A DNA stretch of 64,000 bases from Alkalispirochaeta sp. (GCA_965601925.1 OZ271854.1:704001-768000); one strand, 5' to 3'. Shown: positions 19,592-30,403, counted from the first letter of the stretch. The notes: generated by a model from the sequence alone, not told the origin. Made by a program: numbers and translations.

Positions 19592-21217
19592 TCAATCGGC
19601 GGATCGAACCTCGACGGAGTATTCGGCCCCGGGGTCGGTCAGATAGAGGGGAGCAATATCCACATAATAGGTCCCGGACTCCAGCATCATATCGATACGG
19701 GAGTTGAATCCGAACCCACCGTCGTCGTTGGAAATGATCGGCTCGATCGCGTCGTCGTACAACGTCATGTACGTATCGATATCGCCGTACGTCTCGATCG
19801 TGACCTCGCGCCCTTCGGGGTGGGTATCGGAGGAGATGTCGATCCGCAACCAATCGACGTCGCCGTCCGACGAGAAGGTTCGTCGTTGAGGACTCGCTCC
19901 CACCACGATTTGCGCCGCCTCGTCGGATACGTTGTCGGGTTCGTACTCGTCGAACGCGAGGTATTCGACGCCCCAGACGAGTCGATAATCGCCTTCGGTC
20001 GAATCGCCGAACCCACGCACCTCGACATAGATCGGACCGGTCGTCTCGGACAGGAGCACGCGCGCATTACCCCACTCGCCCCCGTCGTCATTGTAGGCGA
20101 TCTCCCGTCCGTCCTGGTCGTACACCACCATGACCGTGTCGATCTGACTCTCGGTCTCTAAACGAAGGGCGGGAACATCACGAGGGTCGCCGTCGTGGTC
20201 GAAGGCTTCCCGGAACGTCGAGAAGTCGACGGCGTACCAGTCGCTGTCGAAGGAGGGACGAATACTACTTTCCAACGGCAAATCGCTCGGCCCTATGGGC
20301 GTCGCCTGAGCGAGTGTATCATTGGGCTCCAACGTATCGGCGACAAACGTCACATTCGCAAGATGCAGGTTATACGGTCCCGTCGCGGAGTTGGCAAACC
20401 CGCGCACCTTTATCCAATATCGGCTCCCCGGTTCCACCGCAAACGAAATCGAGGCGTTGGTGCTTCCCAATGCGTCGTCGTTCTGACCTACGAGCATGGT
20501 CCACGTATCCGGGCCGTATACCTCGATATACGTATCGGTCGTACCGGTGGTGAAGGCGTTGACCGCCGGGACGTCGTCGCTCCCGACGGCGGCTCCTTCC
20601 GCGATAAAGGAGAACCAGTCCTCATCGCCTTGGGCTTCCAAGAACAGATCCGAGGCGACCTCGCCGACCGTTATCGGGACCGCGGCGTCGGGATCGTTCG
20701 TTACGTCGTCGGTTCCCACAACGGCAGCGGAGGCGTAAGAGAGGGCGGGACGAAGGGCGTCGGCCAACTCGTTTGAGCGTTCGATCCGTAGTCGAGAGCT
20801 GGCGAGAATCCGTCCTTCGCCGTGTATCAGCTGTACGACAAAGAGCGCCTCATCGCCCTCACCCCCGCCGTCGACATGTACCAACACGTCGGCGGGAGCG
20901 GAGTCGCGTACCTCTACGGTGAGCGCGCCTTGAAATCGGCGGGAGGCCGCGAGAAGCTCGTCCTCAATGACGGCGATCAAAAGCGACGCCAGACGCGGAG
21001 GTCGCCCGTCATACATCACCTCCTCGACGGCGACGGTCACCGGGTCGACCGAATCGAACGCGATATCGATCGCCGGGAGAAGACGCCCCGCGGCGGCGGC
21101 GATAAGCTCGACCGTATCCGAAGTATCGCGAGCGGAATCCTGGGCCTCCAGGTGCCGCGGCACGACGAATAGGCTCGCGAGAGAAACCGTGACGAGTGAG
21201 ATGGTAAGGCGTCGCAT
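19592..21217 (-). CDS. Secreted protein with three PPC (pre-peptidase C-terminal)-like domains
   Basis: Signal peptide MRRLTISLVTVSLASLFVV; three repeats of D(x)2EPN...D.DW...DT.(M/I)..Y...NDD(G/A)...N(A/S).I. Confidence 0.75.
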   Translation of the reverse strand: MRRLTISLVTVSLASLFVVPRHLEAQDSARDTSDTVELIAAAAGRLLPAIDIAFDSVDPVTVAVEEVMYDGRPPRLASLLIAVIEDELLAASRRFQGALTVEVRDSAPADVLVHVDGGGEGDEALFVVQLIHGEGRILASSRLRIERSNELADALRPALSYASAAVVGTDDVTNDPDAAVPITVGEVASDLFLEAQGDEDWFSFIAEGAAVGSDDVPAVNAFTTGTTDTYIEVYGPDTWTMLVGQNDDALGSTNASISFAVEPGSRYWIKVRGFANSATGPYNLHLANVTFVADTLEPNDTLAQATPIGPSDLPLESSIRPSFDSDWYAVDFSTFREAFDHDGDPRDVPALRLETESQIDTVMVVYDQDGREIAYNDDGGEWGNARVLLSETTGPIYVEVRGFGDSTEGDYRLVWGVEYLAFDEYEPDNVSDEAAQIVVGASPQRRTFSSDGDVDWLRIDISSDTHPEGREVTIETYGDIDTYMTLYDDAIEPIISNDDGGFGFNSRIDMMLESGTYYVDIAPLYLTDPGAEYSVEVRSAD

Positions 21218-21260
21218 AATGTAGACCATAGTAGCCTCCGAGGTGGCGGGATACAATCCC

Positions 21261-23381
21261 TTACTTCTTGTAATAGTGCGCGGATTGCGCCTCGTTGCGC
21301 GCTCGCTTCGCACCGTACATCGAATGGTCGGCGAGGCGCACGAGTTGTTCATAGGTGGTACCGTCGCGCGGGAAGAGTGCTACGCCGGTGCTGACCGAAA
21401 TCGTTACTTCCCCCGAAAACTGTCCGCGACCGTCGCCGATTGCGATCGGCGCGTGGAGAATCTCGTGGAGCTTGGCCACTCTGTTCGCCACCGCTGAGTC
21501 GTCGGCGATATCGTGAAGCATGATGACGAACTCATCGCCCCCCACTCGGGCGACGAGATCGCCGGCGCGCGTCCCCTCCCGGAGTCGTTTGGCCACCGCG
21601 CGGAGCACATCGTCGCCGGCTTCGTGACCGTAGGTATCGTTAATCGGCTTGAAGTCGTCGAGGTCGATATACAACAGCGCGAGGGGGCGCGTACCGTCCT
21701 TGCGGCTGTGCAACTGAGCGGTCAATATCTCCTGAAACATTCGTCGGTTGGCGAGCCCCGTGAGATGGTCGCGATTGGCCACCCTACTGATTCGCTCGTA
21801 CGCCTGACGAAGTTCGTCTTTTTCCTGTACGACCAATCGATTGACCAGAGTCACTCGATCGAGGATGAGCGCGTTATCGATTGCGATCCCCAGAAAGGAG
21901 GCGAGGGTGCGTACCATTCGAATATCCAGATTCGAATACGCGCCGATGCGCGAAGTCTGCACGCTGAGCACGCCGATAAAACGATCCTTCACGATGAGGG
22001 GCAGGTAAATTGCCGAACGCTTTTCGCCGCCCGACGCGGAGGAAGGAAAGGTCTTGATGAAGTGTCGATACTCGGAACGTAAATCGTCGATAATGACCGG
22101 CTTGCGGTTGCGTACGACCCACGCACTGAAACTATTCTCGTCACTACCGTCGATGCGCGTCGGTTCGCCCCGTCGACCGTGATGGATCACCAGTTGATAG
22201 TCCAAGGCGTCCGCCTCGTGATCGTACAACGCGATGGAGAACAGCTCCGCATCGAGAATGCGATTCACTCGTTGGTAGAGGCCATCCAATATATCGTCCA
22301 AATCGAGACTGGAGGTGATTTCTTGCGCAATCTCGCTCACAACCTCGAGTCGGTCTACCTCCATCCGCTTGGAGAGTTCCAGCATTCGGTGTTCGGTCCA
22401 TTCCTCCTCGATAGTCTCTTTGAGTTCGACGTATCGCTTGTAACTCTCCAACGCCTGCGGAAGTTCGTGTCGCTCCTCGTGCATCTGCGCGATGCGCTCG
22501 TGGAGATGATACAAGAGATGGCGTACCGGCATGCGCAACGCGAGATCCCGAGCTCGCCGGTAAAATCCGAGGGCGGCCTCTTCCAGGCTGAAGTGACGAT
22601 ACACGTCACCGCAGTGCATGAGAGCGGCGCAGCGCAGCGAGGGGCTTCGGATGTCGCACGCGACTTGGATACTCTCGGCCTCCAAGCGGGCCGCCTCTGC
22701 GGTATTGTCGCGCCGCGCCTCCAACGTACCGAGGAGCGCGTAAAGCGCGCTTTCGTTAAACCGATCGTCGAGCGTTGCGGCGATCTCGCAGGCACGCGTT
22801 AAGTATCCGAGGGCAAGTTCGCCGTTGCCCTCGATCAGCGCAATGTCGCCGAGATGCTGTAGAATGATCATCTCGGACGAATCGTCGGGGTGTTCTCCCA
22901 GAAGCGTTGCCGCCTGCAAAAAGAGATCGCGACCGTAGGCGATGTGACCCAGGTCCAGCTCAACCTCACCCAAGCGACAGAGACCCTCGATCCGACTGTG
23001 TGTCAGATCGGCGCGTTCGGCGATGGACAGACTCTCGCGATAGGAGGCGACCGCGCGCGACATCTCCCATTGACCGTGGAGCGCCGCGCCGAGCCCCATG
23101 TGGAGATTACACGACAGCTCTCCGTCGATCGTGTCGAGGTCGACGCGATTCAGCACATCCTGTAGATCGGACGCGGCGCGGCGAAAGTCGGTGAGGACGA
23201 TTCGCGCGGTGGCAAGTCGTAGAATCGCCTCGAGCTCATCCCTGAGTGACCCGATCGCCTCGGCCTCGGCGAGCTCGTCGATCGTCGTGCGTTCCACCGC
23301 CGCCGGATCGTAGAATTGATCCTCCCGGGCGCGTTGGTGAAACAAACCGAGATGATTCAGATCGGCAGACGACTTTGGCAC
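21261..23381 (-). CDS. Diguanylate cyclase with TPR and GAF domains
   Basis: TPR-like helical repeats, GAF (SAIYLPLIVKDRFIGVLSVQ), DHLTGLANRR, IDLDDFKPINDTYGHEAGD, RAGD I-site, GGDEF. Confidence 0.93.
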   Translation of the reverse strand: MPKSSADLNHLGLFHQRAREDQFYDPAAVERTTIDELAEAEAIGSLRDELEAILRLATARIVLTDFRRAASDLQDVLNRVDLDTIDGELSCNLHMGLGAALHGQWEMSRAVASYRESLSIAERADLTHSRIEGLCRLGEVELDLGHIAYGRDLFLQAATLLGEHPDDSSEMIILQHLGDIALIEGNGELALGYLTRACEIAATLDDRFNESALYALLGTLEARRDNTAEAARLEAESIQVACDIRSPSLRCAALMHCGDVYRHFSLEEAALGFYRRARDLALRMPVRHLLYHLHERIAQMHEERHELPQALESYKRYVELKETIEEEWTEHRMLELSKRMEVDRLEVVSEIAQEITSSLDLDDILDGLYQRVNRILDAELFSIALYDHEADALDYQLVIHHGRRGEPTRIDGSDENSFSAWVVRNRKPVIIDDLRSEYRHFIKTFPSSASGGEKRSAIYLPLIVKDRFIGVLSVQTSRIGAYSNLDIRMVRTLASFLGIAIDNALILDRVTLVNRLVVQEKDELRQAYERISRVANRDHLTGLANRRMFQEILTAQLHSRKDGTRPLALLYIDLDDFKPINDTYGHEAGDDVLRAVAKRLREGTRAGDLVARVGGDEFVIMLHDIADDSAVANRVAKLHEILHAPIAIGDGRGQFSGEVTISVSTGVALFPRDGTTYEQLVRLADHSMYGAKRARNEAQSAHYYKK

Positions 23382-23450
23382 GACCGGACGCTCTCCTCGT
23401 GTTGCAATTGTAGTGTGTTGTTTCGGTTTCGGTCTATCATTGCCGCTCGT

Positions 23451-24254
23451 ATGAAAGACTTTTCCAAGGGTTTGGCCGCCGCGATACCGATCGCCAGCGG
23501 ATATGTGCCGGTAGCCGTCACGTTCGGATTGATCGCGCGGACATTCGGGCTCTCACCGATGGATGCGACACTCGCATCGCTGTTCATTTTTGCGGGTTCA
23601 TCGCAGTTTCTCGCAATCGGCGCCTACGGAGCGGCGGCGACCGCGGTTAGCCTGGGAACGGAGATGACGACGCAGAACGCCGCATGGATCGTCGGTCCGT
23701 GGCCGACGGGAGCCCAACTCGTAGTTCTCCTACAGATCGTCGTCGCCGGATGGTTACTCAATCTCCGCCATCTTCTGATGAGCTCCGTGGTTGCGGAGCA
23801 TCTCGCCGGCGCCCGCTCTCGTCTCGCGCGAAACCTCCTCGCCTTCGGCGTTACCGATGAGGTATTCGGCGTTGCGGGGCTCCAAATCGCCCGGGACGGC
23901 TCGATTCGCGCGCGCTACCTCGCCGGGCTGGAGCTGGGGGCATACTCGGCATGGGTCGCCGGTACCGCCCTCGGAGCGCTCGTCGGTGACATATTGCCCG
24001 ACCGCCTGCGGGTCGCCATGGGCCTTGCGCTCTACGCGCTCTTTGCCGCGCTCCTGGCCGGCCAATTTCGCTCGGCGCGCGATGGAGCACGCGGGCTTTG
24101 TATGCGTCTTGCCGTCGCGGCGGTTACTGCGGCGGGGACCAACGCCGTCCTGCGATTCGTAGTCGGACTCGACGCGGGTTCGGCGTTTCCCGTTGCGATG
24201 ATCGTCGGGGCGGGATTCGCGGCGGTGGGAGGACGTAGTGATGGTGCGCGTTGA
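23451..24254 (+). CDS. azlC: AzlC family branched-chain amino acid exporter subunit
   Basis: PIASGYVPVAVTFG, FAGSSQF, LNLRHLLMS, FGVTDEVF. Confidence 0.9.
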   Translation: MKDFSKGLAAAIPIASGYVPVAVTFGLIARTFGLSPMDATLASLFIFAGSSQFLAIGAYGAAATAVSLGTEMTTQNAAWIVGPWPTGAQLVVLLQIVVAGWLLNLRHLLMSSVVAEHLAGARSRLARNLLAFGVTDEVFGVAGLQIARDGSIRARYLAGLELGAYSAWVAGTALGALVGDILPDRLRVAMGLALYALFAALLAGQFRSARDGARGLCMRLAVAAVTAAGTNAVLRFVVGLDAGSAFPVAMIVGAGFAAVGGRSDGAR

Positions 24255-24549
24255 TTGGCTCGTCGTGGTTGTGGGATTGACGATGGGCACGTATCTCATA
24301 CGGGCTCTGCCCTTTTGGTTCTCGAGCATAGATCGCCTACCGGAGCCGCTTCGTCGTTTCCTGGAGTTCGTCCCCGCCGCGGCGCTGGGCGCGTTAATCA
24401 TACCCGACGCCTTCATCGGTTCGCCGGCTGCGATCGCCGCGCTGTCGGTCGTCTCGGCGTTTGTATTGAGCCTGCGCGGCTTCAATCTCACCATCGTTGT
24501 ACTCGTATCGATTCTCCTCGCGTGGCTGGGCCTCGTTCTCATGCCTTGA
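24241..24549 (+). CDS. azlD: AzlD family protein
   Basis: GTYLIRALPF...RFLEFVPAAALGALI; overlaps azlC. Confidence 0.88.
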   Translation: MVRVDWLVVVVGLTMGTYLIRALPFWFSSIDRLPEPLRRFLEFVPAAALGALIIPDAFIGSPAAIAALSVVSAFVLSLRGFNLTIVVLVSILLAWLGLVLMP

Positions 24550-24581
24550 CAGACGCGGCGGCGACTCATCACCCTGGCGGC

Positions 24582-25616
24582 ATGGTCACGAAAGAACCCC
24601 TTTTGGGTCACACCGGAGCGGACCTCGAGGCGGTGGCGCGCCGTCTGGGAGAGGCCCCGTTTCGCGGTCGGCAACTACGCGACTGGCTCTATCGCCGATA
24701 CACCGCCAACTTCGATGCGATGGACAATCTTCCCAAAGCGTTTCGGGCCCGCTTGGATGAGCAATACACGCCCGGTTCCCTCGGTCCGGTGCGCGTCAGC
24801 GCGAGCGCCGACGGAACGCGAAAGTACCTCTTCCCGACTCGCCACGGCGGGTTTGTCGAAGCCGCGCTCATTCCCGAGGGCAAGCGCTCGACATTGTGTC
24901 TTTCCACACAGGTCGGTTGTCGTCGGAGCTGTACCTTTTGTCAGACCGCCCGCCAGGGCTTTCAGGGAAACCTATCGGCGGGAGAAATCGTGAATCAGTA
25001 TCACAGCATTCCCGAACGCGATACGATTACCAATATCGTCTACATGGGAATGGGCGAGCCTCTGGACAACATAGAGGGCACGCTCGCCAGCCTCGAGCTG
25101 TTCACCGACCGCGAGGCGTATCGCCTCGCACCGCGACGCATCACCCTCTCGACCGTCGGTATCCACCCGCAGCTGGAACGGTTTCTGGATGCGAGCCCGG
25201 TGAATCTGGCGATCAGCCTCCACACGCCGTTTCCCGACGAACGGAGACGTATCATGCCGGTCGAGAACGCACATCCGATCGAGGAGACGCTTCGGCTCAT
25301 AAGAAGTCGGCGCGAGGATCGACAACGCCGAGTATCGTTCGAGTACACGATGTTTGCGGGCCTCAACGACACGCCGAAGCACATCGACGGAATCTCAAAG
25401 CTCCTCAACGGACTCGCGGTGCGGATCAACTTGATCCCCTTTCACCGTTTGGAAGGAAGCTCGCTCGCCCCGACGAGCACCGATGAGATCGAGACGTTTG
25501 CCGAACGGCTTCGTGCCAAAGGGTTTCGCGCCTCTATTCGCCGCTCCCGAGGACAAGATATCGAGGCTGCCTGCGGTATGCTCTGGACTCGTCACGCTAC
25601 CGAACCGACGGTGTGA
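24582..25616 (+). CDS. rlmN: Dual-specificity RNA methyltransferase RlmN (radical SAM)
   Basis: DGTRKYL, CLSTQVGCRRSCTFC, MGMGEP, ISLH, FEY, INLIPF, RGQDIEAACG. Confidence 0.92.
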   Translation: MVTKEPLLGHTGADLEAVARRLGEAPFRGRQLRDWLYRRYTANFDAMDNLPKAFRARLDEQYTPGSLGPVRVSASADGTRKYLFPTRHGGFVEAALIPEGKRSTLCLSTQVGCRRSCTFCQTARQGFQGNLSAGEIVNQYHSIPERDTITNIVYMGMGEPLDNIEGTLASLELFTDREAYRLAPRRITLSTVGIHPQLERFLDASPVNLAISLHTPFPDERRRIMPVENAHPIEETLRLIRSRREDRQRRVSFEYTMFAGLNDTPKHIDGISKLLNGLAVRINLIPFHRLEGSSLAPTSTDEIETFAERLRAKGFRASIRRSRGQDIEAACGMLWTRHATEPTV

Positions 25617-25660
25617 TCGGCGGCCGCATACCGTCGATTCCTCGCCGTCTCCGTAGGTAT

Positions 25661-26452
25661 CTACTCCTGAGACTCGAGACGCGCGATCATCTCGTTCGCA
25701 AAGTCGGCTATTGCGCCGTCGATGCGAAAGTCCGCGAGATCGTCCAAGGGCGTTTCGCCGCGGGTAACGATTGCGAGAAGCGCGCCGTTGTTGCGGGCAA
25801 CCACCGGAATACTCGCCGCCGGCTGCACCGTGAGGGTGGAACCGATCGCGAGCAGAAGGTCACACTCGGTGAGCATCCTCTGAGCACGTTCTAGTTCCTC
25901 GGCGCGCAAGCTCTGACCGAACATCACCGTTGCCGGCTTGAGAAGCCCCCCGCACTCGTCGCAGCGCGGTATATCGTTGCGCCGCACCCTCGGAACGCCC
26001 TTCGTGTCGCGCGAAAGCGCGGCAAGCGGATCGAGCACGCCCTTCGCGTCCATTCGCCTACGGCAGCCCACACATTCCACTTCCAAATTGCTTCCATGGA
26101 GATTCACGATCAAATCGGAGGGTATGCCGCTCTTCTCGTGGAGACCGTCGATATTCTGCGTGATGACGCCGTGCAGACGGTTTCGCTCGAAGAGAGAACG
26201 CACCAATCGATGCCCGGGGCCGGGCGTCGCGTCGCGCATAGCCGGCCAAACCGACGCCTTATGCGTCCAATATTCCACGCGCTTCTCCTCGCTTGCGAGA
26301 AACTCCTGAAAGTACACGGGCTGATATCGTTCGTACTGCCCGCCGGTCCCGCGATAGTCCGGGATACCCGAGTCGGTGGAGATACCGGCGCCGGAGAACA
26401 CGACCACTCCGCGTGCCGAGATAAGGGAACGGGCCAATGATTCATTCGTCAT
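25661..26452 (-). CDS. cobB: Sir2/CobB family NAD-dependent protein deacylase
   Basis: GAGISTDSGIPDYRG, TQNIDGLH, HG, two CxxC zinc pairs, GSTLTVQPAA. Confidence 0.9.
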   Translation of the reverse strand: MTNESLARSLISARGVVVFSGAGISTDSGIPDYRGTGGQYERYQPVYFQEFLASEEKRVEYWTHKASVWPAMRDATPGPGHRLVRSLFERNRLHGVITQNIDGLHEKSGIPSDLIVNLHGSNLEVECVGCRRRMDAKGVLDPLAALSRDTKGVPRVRRNDIPRCDECGGLLKPATVMFGQSLRAEELERAQRMLTECDLLLAIGSTLTVQPAASIPVVARNNGALLAIVTRGETPLDDLADFRIDGAIADFANEMIARLESQE

Positions 26453-27785
26453 GACTCGCCACCCTCCTTGAGCGGCCCTCAATTCCGGCTATGTGCGGAG
26501 GCGGACCGGAGGCCGCACCCAGCTCGTGGAGCTTGCGGGCGGTCGGCAATATGCGTCTCTCGAACGAGCCCGCCGCCTCGTTGAAGCGTTCGACCGCCTG
26601 GGTAAGGCTACCGCCGAGCCGATTGAGATGGTCGGCAAAGGGTCCGAGTCGCTCCAGAAGCTCGCGCCCCGCCGAGGAGATCGCCTGAGCATTCTCCGAC
26701 AGTCGCATGTGCATCCATCCGTAGGCCACAACGCGCAACAACGCCAAGAAACTCGCCGGAGCGACGACGACCACGCGGTGTGCCAAGGCGTACTCCAATA
26801 GATCGGGATCGACGGTAAAGGCGGCCGAGAGTCCGCTTTCGTAGGGCACGAGAAGCGCGACGAACTCAGGGGCGCGATCGAACTGCGCCCAATACGCCTT
26901 ACTCGCCAGACTCTGGATATGGGAGCGTAGCGCGGCGCCGTGTCGTTTCAGGGCTTGACGGGAGAGCTCGGGAGTCGGCGCCTCCTGCGACTCCAGGTAG
27001 GCCGACATCGGGGCTTTGGCGTCGACCGGAAGTACTCCGTCCGATGGGAGTCGCACGACGAGATCGGGGCGCCGTCGGATGGCGTCGCCGGCGGTGGCGG
27101 TTCCCACCGCCTGCTCGTCGAAGTCGACGTGTTCGTTCATACCGGCGAGCTCTACGAGCCTCCGCAACTGAACCTCGCCCCACTTGCCGCGTACGTTGGG
27201 GGCGCGTAACGCTTGATCGAGAGAGGTCGTCGCTTGGTGCAGACTGCGATACTGCTGCGATATGAGTTGAATCTGATCGGCGATGCCCTGATACGCCCCT
27301 TGACGCTTCTCTTCCAGGGCGCGTACTTGGGTATCCAACTTACGCAACTCAGTACTCAAGGGGCGCACCAAGCCGGACAGCTCCTCCTTGTGGGCGCCCC
27401 AGTCCGCCTTAAGTACGCGGCCGAACTGGTCGAGGTGCGTCTTACTCTGGTCGGTTAGAACGCGCGCGCTCTCCTGAAGCGTCCTGGAAGCTAACGACTC
27501 GAAGGTTTCACGGAGCGTCTTCTCGGCGTTCCCGAGCCACGCCAGGCGCTCGTCGGCAACGGCGACCTGCCCCCTCAAGTCCGCAACCTCGATGCCGAGC
27601 GTCTCGGCACGAGTCCGCGCTTCGTCGCGTTCGGCCGTCAACTCCGAGAGCCGCTCTCGTAGCGACCGGATCTCCGCCCTGTCGTCGGCGCGACGACCGA
27701 TTAGGGTCATGCGTACGAGAAGTATGATCATCGCCGCCGCGACGCACACGGAGGCGATGATGAGGTAGGTCAACGAGGCGGCCAC
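26442..27785 (-). CDS. rmuC: DNA recombination protein RmuC
   Basis: N-terminal TM, coiled coil, RGKWGEVQLRRLVELAGM, RPDLVVRLP, VDAKAP, PEFVALLVP. Confidence 0.93.
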   Translation of the reverse strand: MAASLTYLIIASVCVAAAMIILLVRMTLIGRRADDRAEIRSLRERLSELTAERDEARTRAETLGIEVADLRGQVAVADERLAWLGNAEKTLRETFESLASRTLQESARVLTDQSKTHLDQFGRVLKADWGAHKEELSGLVRPLSTELRKLDTQVRALEEKRQGAYQGIADQIQLISQQYRSLHQATTSLDQALRAPNVRGKWGEVQLRRLVELAGMNEHVDFDEQAVGTATAGDAIRRRPDLVVRLPSDGVLPVDAKAPMSAYLESQEAPTPELSRQALKRHGAALRSHIQSLASKAYWAQFDRAPEFVALLVPYESGLSAAFTVDPDLLEYALAHRVVVVAPASFLALLRVVAYGWMHMRLSENAQAISSAGRELLERLGPFADHLNRLGGSLTQAVERFNEAAGSFERRILPTARKLHELGAASGPPPHIAGIEGRSRRVASHDE

Positions 27786-27840
27786 GGGGTAACCATACCG
27801 CGTACCCGTCGTCGTTGCCTATCGGTGAGGCGTCCGCCTC

Positions 27841-28077
27841 TCAGCCGATCTCCTTTGCAACGTAACCGGCCGGTTCCAACACACCGTTTACCGACTCCAA
27901 GGTCGGCGTCAAATCGTGGCGATACTCGATTACCAAACGCTTATCCGCAGACGTCGCACGGACCTTCTTGACGCCGGGAAGCCCGTGTACCGCGGTCGAT
28001 ACTTTCGCTTCGCAATGGCTGCAATTCATGTCCGGCACCTCAAACTCGACGCGCTTGCGCTCGGAAAAAAGACCCAT
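27841..28077 (-). CDS. copZ: Heavy-metal-associated domain copper chaperone (CopZ-like)
   Basis: DMNCSHC motif, ends AGY; downstream of copA; AGGAGG RBS. Confidence 0.85.
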   Translation of the reverse strand: MGLFSERKRVEFEVPDMNCSHCEAKVSTAVHGLPGVKKVRATSADKRLVIEYRHDLTPTLESVNGVLEPAGYVAKEIG

Positions 28078-28144
28078 ATGTCCTCCTAACGTTTCTCGTG
28101 TCCATCATATCCCGTACCACGGGTTCTCGACTTAACTATCGACG

Positions 28145-30403
28145 CTACGCTTCTCGTCGTCGTAATACACGCCTGAGGTGGAGCGAGTTCGTCACCACCG
28201 TCACGGAGCTGAAGGCCATAGCGATCTCAGCTATTATGGGGTGGAGAAGCCCGGCAACGGCCAGCGGTATTGCGACGAGATTGTAAAAAAACGCCCAAAA
28301 CAGATTGGTCTTGATCTTGGCAAACGTGTGTCGCGATATCTCCACCGCTCGCGGAATCATCAGGAGACTGGAGCTCATAAGCGTCACATCGGCGGATTCG
28401 ATCGCGATGTCGGTGCCCGTTCCGATGGCAATGCCGACATTCGCCTGTTTGAGTGCGGGCGCATCGTTGATACCGTCGCCGACCATTGCGACTGCACGTC
28501 CCTCGTTCTGCAGAGCGCGCACCGCCTCGATCTTCTTATCCGGGAGTAACTCGGCGAACACGTCGTCGATTCCCACCCGTTCGGCAACGGCACGCGCGGC
28601 GCTCTCGTTATCGCCGGTAAGCATTGCCGTGCGAAGCCCGAGGGCGTGCAACCGGTCGATCGACGCAGGACTGTCGGGCTTCATCGCGTCGGCAAGGCCG
28701 AAAAGTGCCGCTACATTTCCGTCTATCGCGGTGCCGACGACGGTCATACCATCGCCTTTCCACGTCTCGATCAGCTCCGACTCATACGCCGAAAGAGCGA
28801 CTCCGGCCTCGGAGAGCCACCGGAGGCTTCCCACACGCACATCGCGCCCGTCGACGGTAGCGAGTATGCCCCGCCCCGGAACCGCCTCGGTCTTCGATAC
28901 GTCGGGGACCGTCGTGCCATCGCCGTGCTCGTCGAGATACGCGACGATCGCCCGTGCCAGGGGGTGCTCACTTTGCCCCTCGACGGCGCGGGTAAGACGC
29001 GCGGCGTCGGAACCGGGAAGGATCGTATCTATCTCGGCGGACTCCTCATCTCGGCGGGTTCCGGCGATATAGACTTGCGCTACCTCCGGCCGCCCTACCG
29101 TAAGCGTCCCGGTTTTGTCGAAGACGATCGTATCGAGGTTCCGCGCGCTTTGAATCGCCTCGCCGTTGCGCACCAGCACGCCGCGTTCGGCGCCGTAACC
29201 CATTCCCACCATCAGTGCCGTCGGGGTGGCGAGGCCCAATGCGCAGGGACACGCGATAACGAGGGTAGCGATCGCCGCCGAGAGAGCCGCCGAGACATCG
29301 GTCGCCCCCGCCCCGACGACGCCCAGCCCCGTAAGAGCCATCCACCCAGCGAAGGTCGCCGCGGAGAGGATGAGAATCGCCGGCACGAAGATCGCCGTGA
29401 TGCGATCCGCCAGCTCTTGGACCGGTACGCGAGACCCTTGGGCCTCCTCTACCATATCGACGATGCGCGATAGAAAGGTGTCGCCGCCGACCTTCTCGAC
29501 TCTGACATCGATGGAACCCATTTGGTTGATCGTCGCGCCGACGACCGAGGCTCCCTCGCCCTTGTCTATCGGAACGGACTCGCCGGTAACGATCGACTCG
29601 TCGATACTCGTCGTGCCCCGGACGATCACCCCGTCGGCGGGAATCTTCTCACCGGGGCGCACGCGCACCGTGTCGCCGAGTTTCAGAAGCGCGACATCGA
29701 CGACCTCTTCCGTACCGTTGCCGTCGATTCTCGTAGCACGTGTAGCGCCGAGCTCCAACAGTTGCCTAATCGCCGAGCTCGCGCGACCGGTAGCCCGCAC
29801 TTTGATGTAGTTCCCGATATAGTTGATCGCAATAATCATCGCTCCGACGGAGGTGAAATCGTCTATATCGATACCGAGGAGGCGGAGGATTCCCGTCGAA
29901 TATGCAGCGATCGAGCCGATACCGATCAACGAATCCATGGTGAACGCAAATGAAAAAAACGACGTTCCGGTGCTTCGGATGATCGGCCAACCGATACCGA
30001 AGATCACGACCCCGGACATCGCGAGCGTTACCCACCGAGCGATACCGGGCGGCACCGGGTGGATGTCCCAGACCATATGGAGCGCCATGAGAATCATGAG
30101 CGGGGAGGTAAGCACCCACGACCAGATGAGCCGACGACGCTCCGAACGCATGAGCGCATCGGCCCTATCGTGACTTTCCGTCGGATCAACGACCGCGTAG
30201 CCGGCGTTGTGGACGGCGGTGCGTAGTCGATCGTCGATTGCGCCGGTTTCGACACCGTCTTCGAGTTCCAACAGCGCCTTCTTACCGGCAAAGTTGACCT
30301 GTGCGACCGCGACGCGCGGCACCGCACCGAGGGCCTTCTCTACCGCCGCGGCGCAGGATGTGCAGGTCATGCCCTCGATATGCAACTGCATATGTGTACC
30401 CAT
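28145..30403 (-). CDS. copA: Copper-translocating P1B-1 ATPase
   Basis: GMTCTSC HMA, TGES, CPCALG, DKTGT, SEHP, GDGINDAP, YN, MAFSS. Confidence 0.95.
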   Translation of the reverse strand: MGTHMQLHIEGMTCTSCAAAVEKALGAVPRVAVAQVNFAGKKALLELEDGVETGAIDDRLRTAVHNAGYAVVDPTESHDRADALMRSERRRLIWSWVLTSPLMILMALHMVWDIHPVPPGIARWVTLAMSGVVIFGIGWPIIRSTGTSFFSFAFTMDSLIGIGSIAAYSTGILRLLGIDIDDFTSVGAMIIAINYIGNYIKVRATGRASSAIRQLLELGATRATRIDGNGTEEVVDVALLKLGDTVRVRPGEKIPADGVIVRGTTSIDESIVTGESVPIDKGEGASVVGATINQMGSIDVRVEKVGGDTFLSRIVDMVEEAQGSRVPVQELADRITAIFVPAILILSAATFAGWMALTGLGVVGAGATDVSAALSAAIATLVIACPCALGLATPTALMVGMGYGAERGVLVRNGEAIQSARNLDTIVFDKTGTLTVGRPEVAQVYIAGTRRDEESAEIDTILPGSDAARLTRAVEGQSEHPLARAIVAYLDEHGDGTTVPDVSKTEAVPGRGILATVDGRDVRVGSLRWLSEAGVALSAYESELIETWKGDGMTVVGTAIDGNVAALFGLADAMKPDSPASIDRLHALGLRTAMLTGDNESAARAVAERVGIDDVFAELLPDKKIEAVRALQNEGRAVAMVGDGINDAPALKQANVGIAIGTGTDIAIESADVTLMSSSLLMIPRAVEISRHTFAKIKTNLFWAFFYNLVAIPLAVAGLLHPIIAEIAMAFSSVTVVTNSLHLRRVLRRREA

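Noticed and set aside
24255..25616. Possible Cfr resistance methyltransferase, or an N-terminally extended RlmN
   Set aside because: STQVGC motif is RlmN-type; the extension overlaps azlD in another frame
25661..27785. Sir2 + RmuC as an anti-phage system
   Set aside because: The Sir2 is a canonical zinc-binding CobB-type deacylase without defence-type fusions, and rmuC looks like the ordinary chromosomal gene
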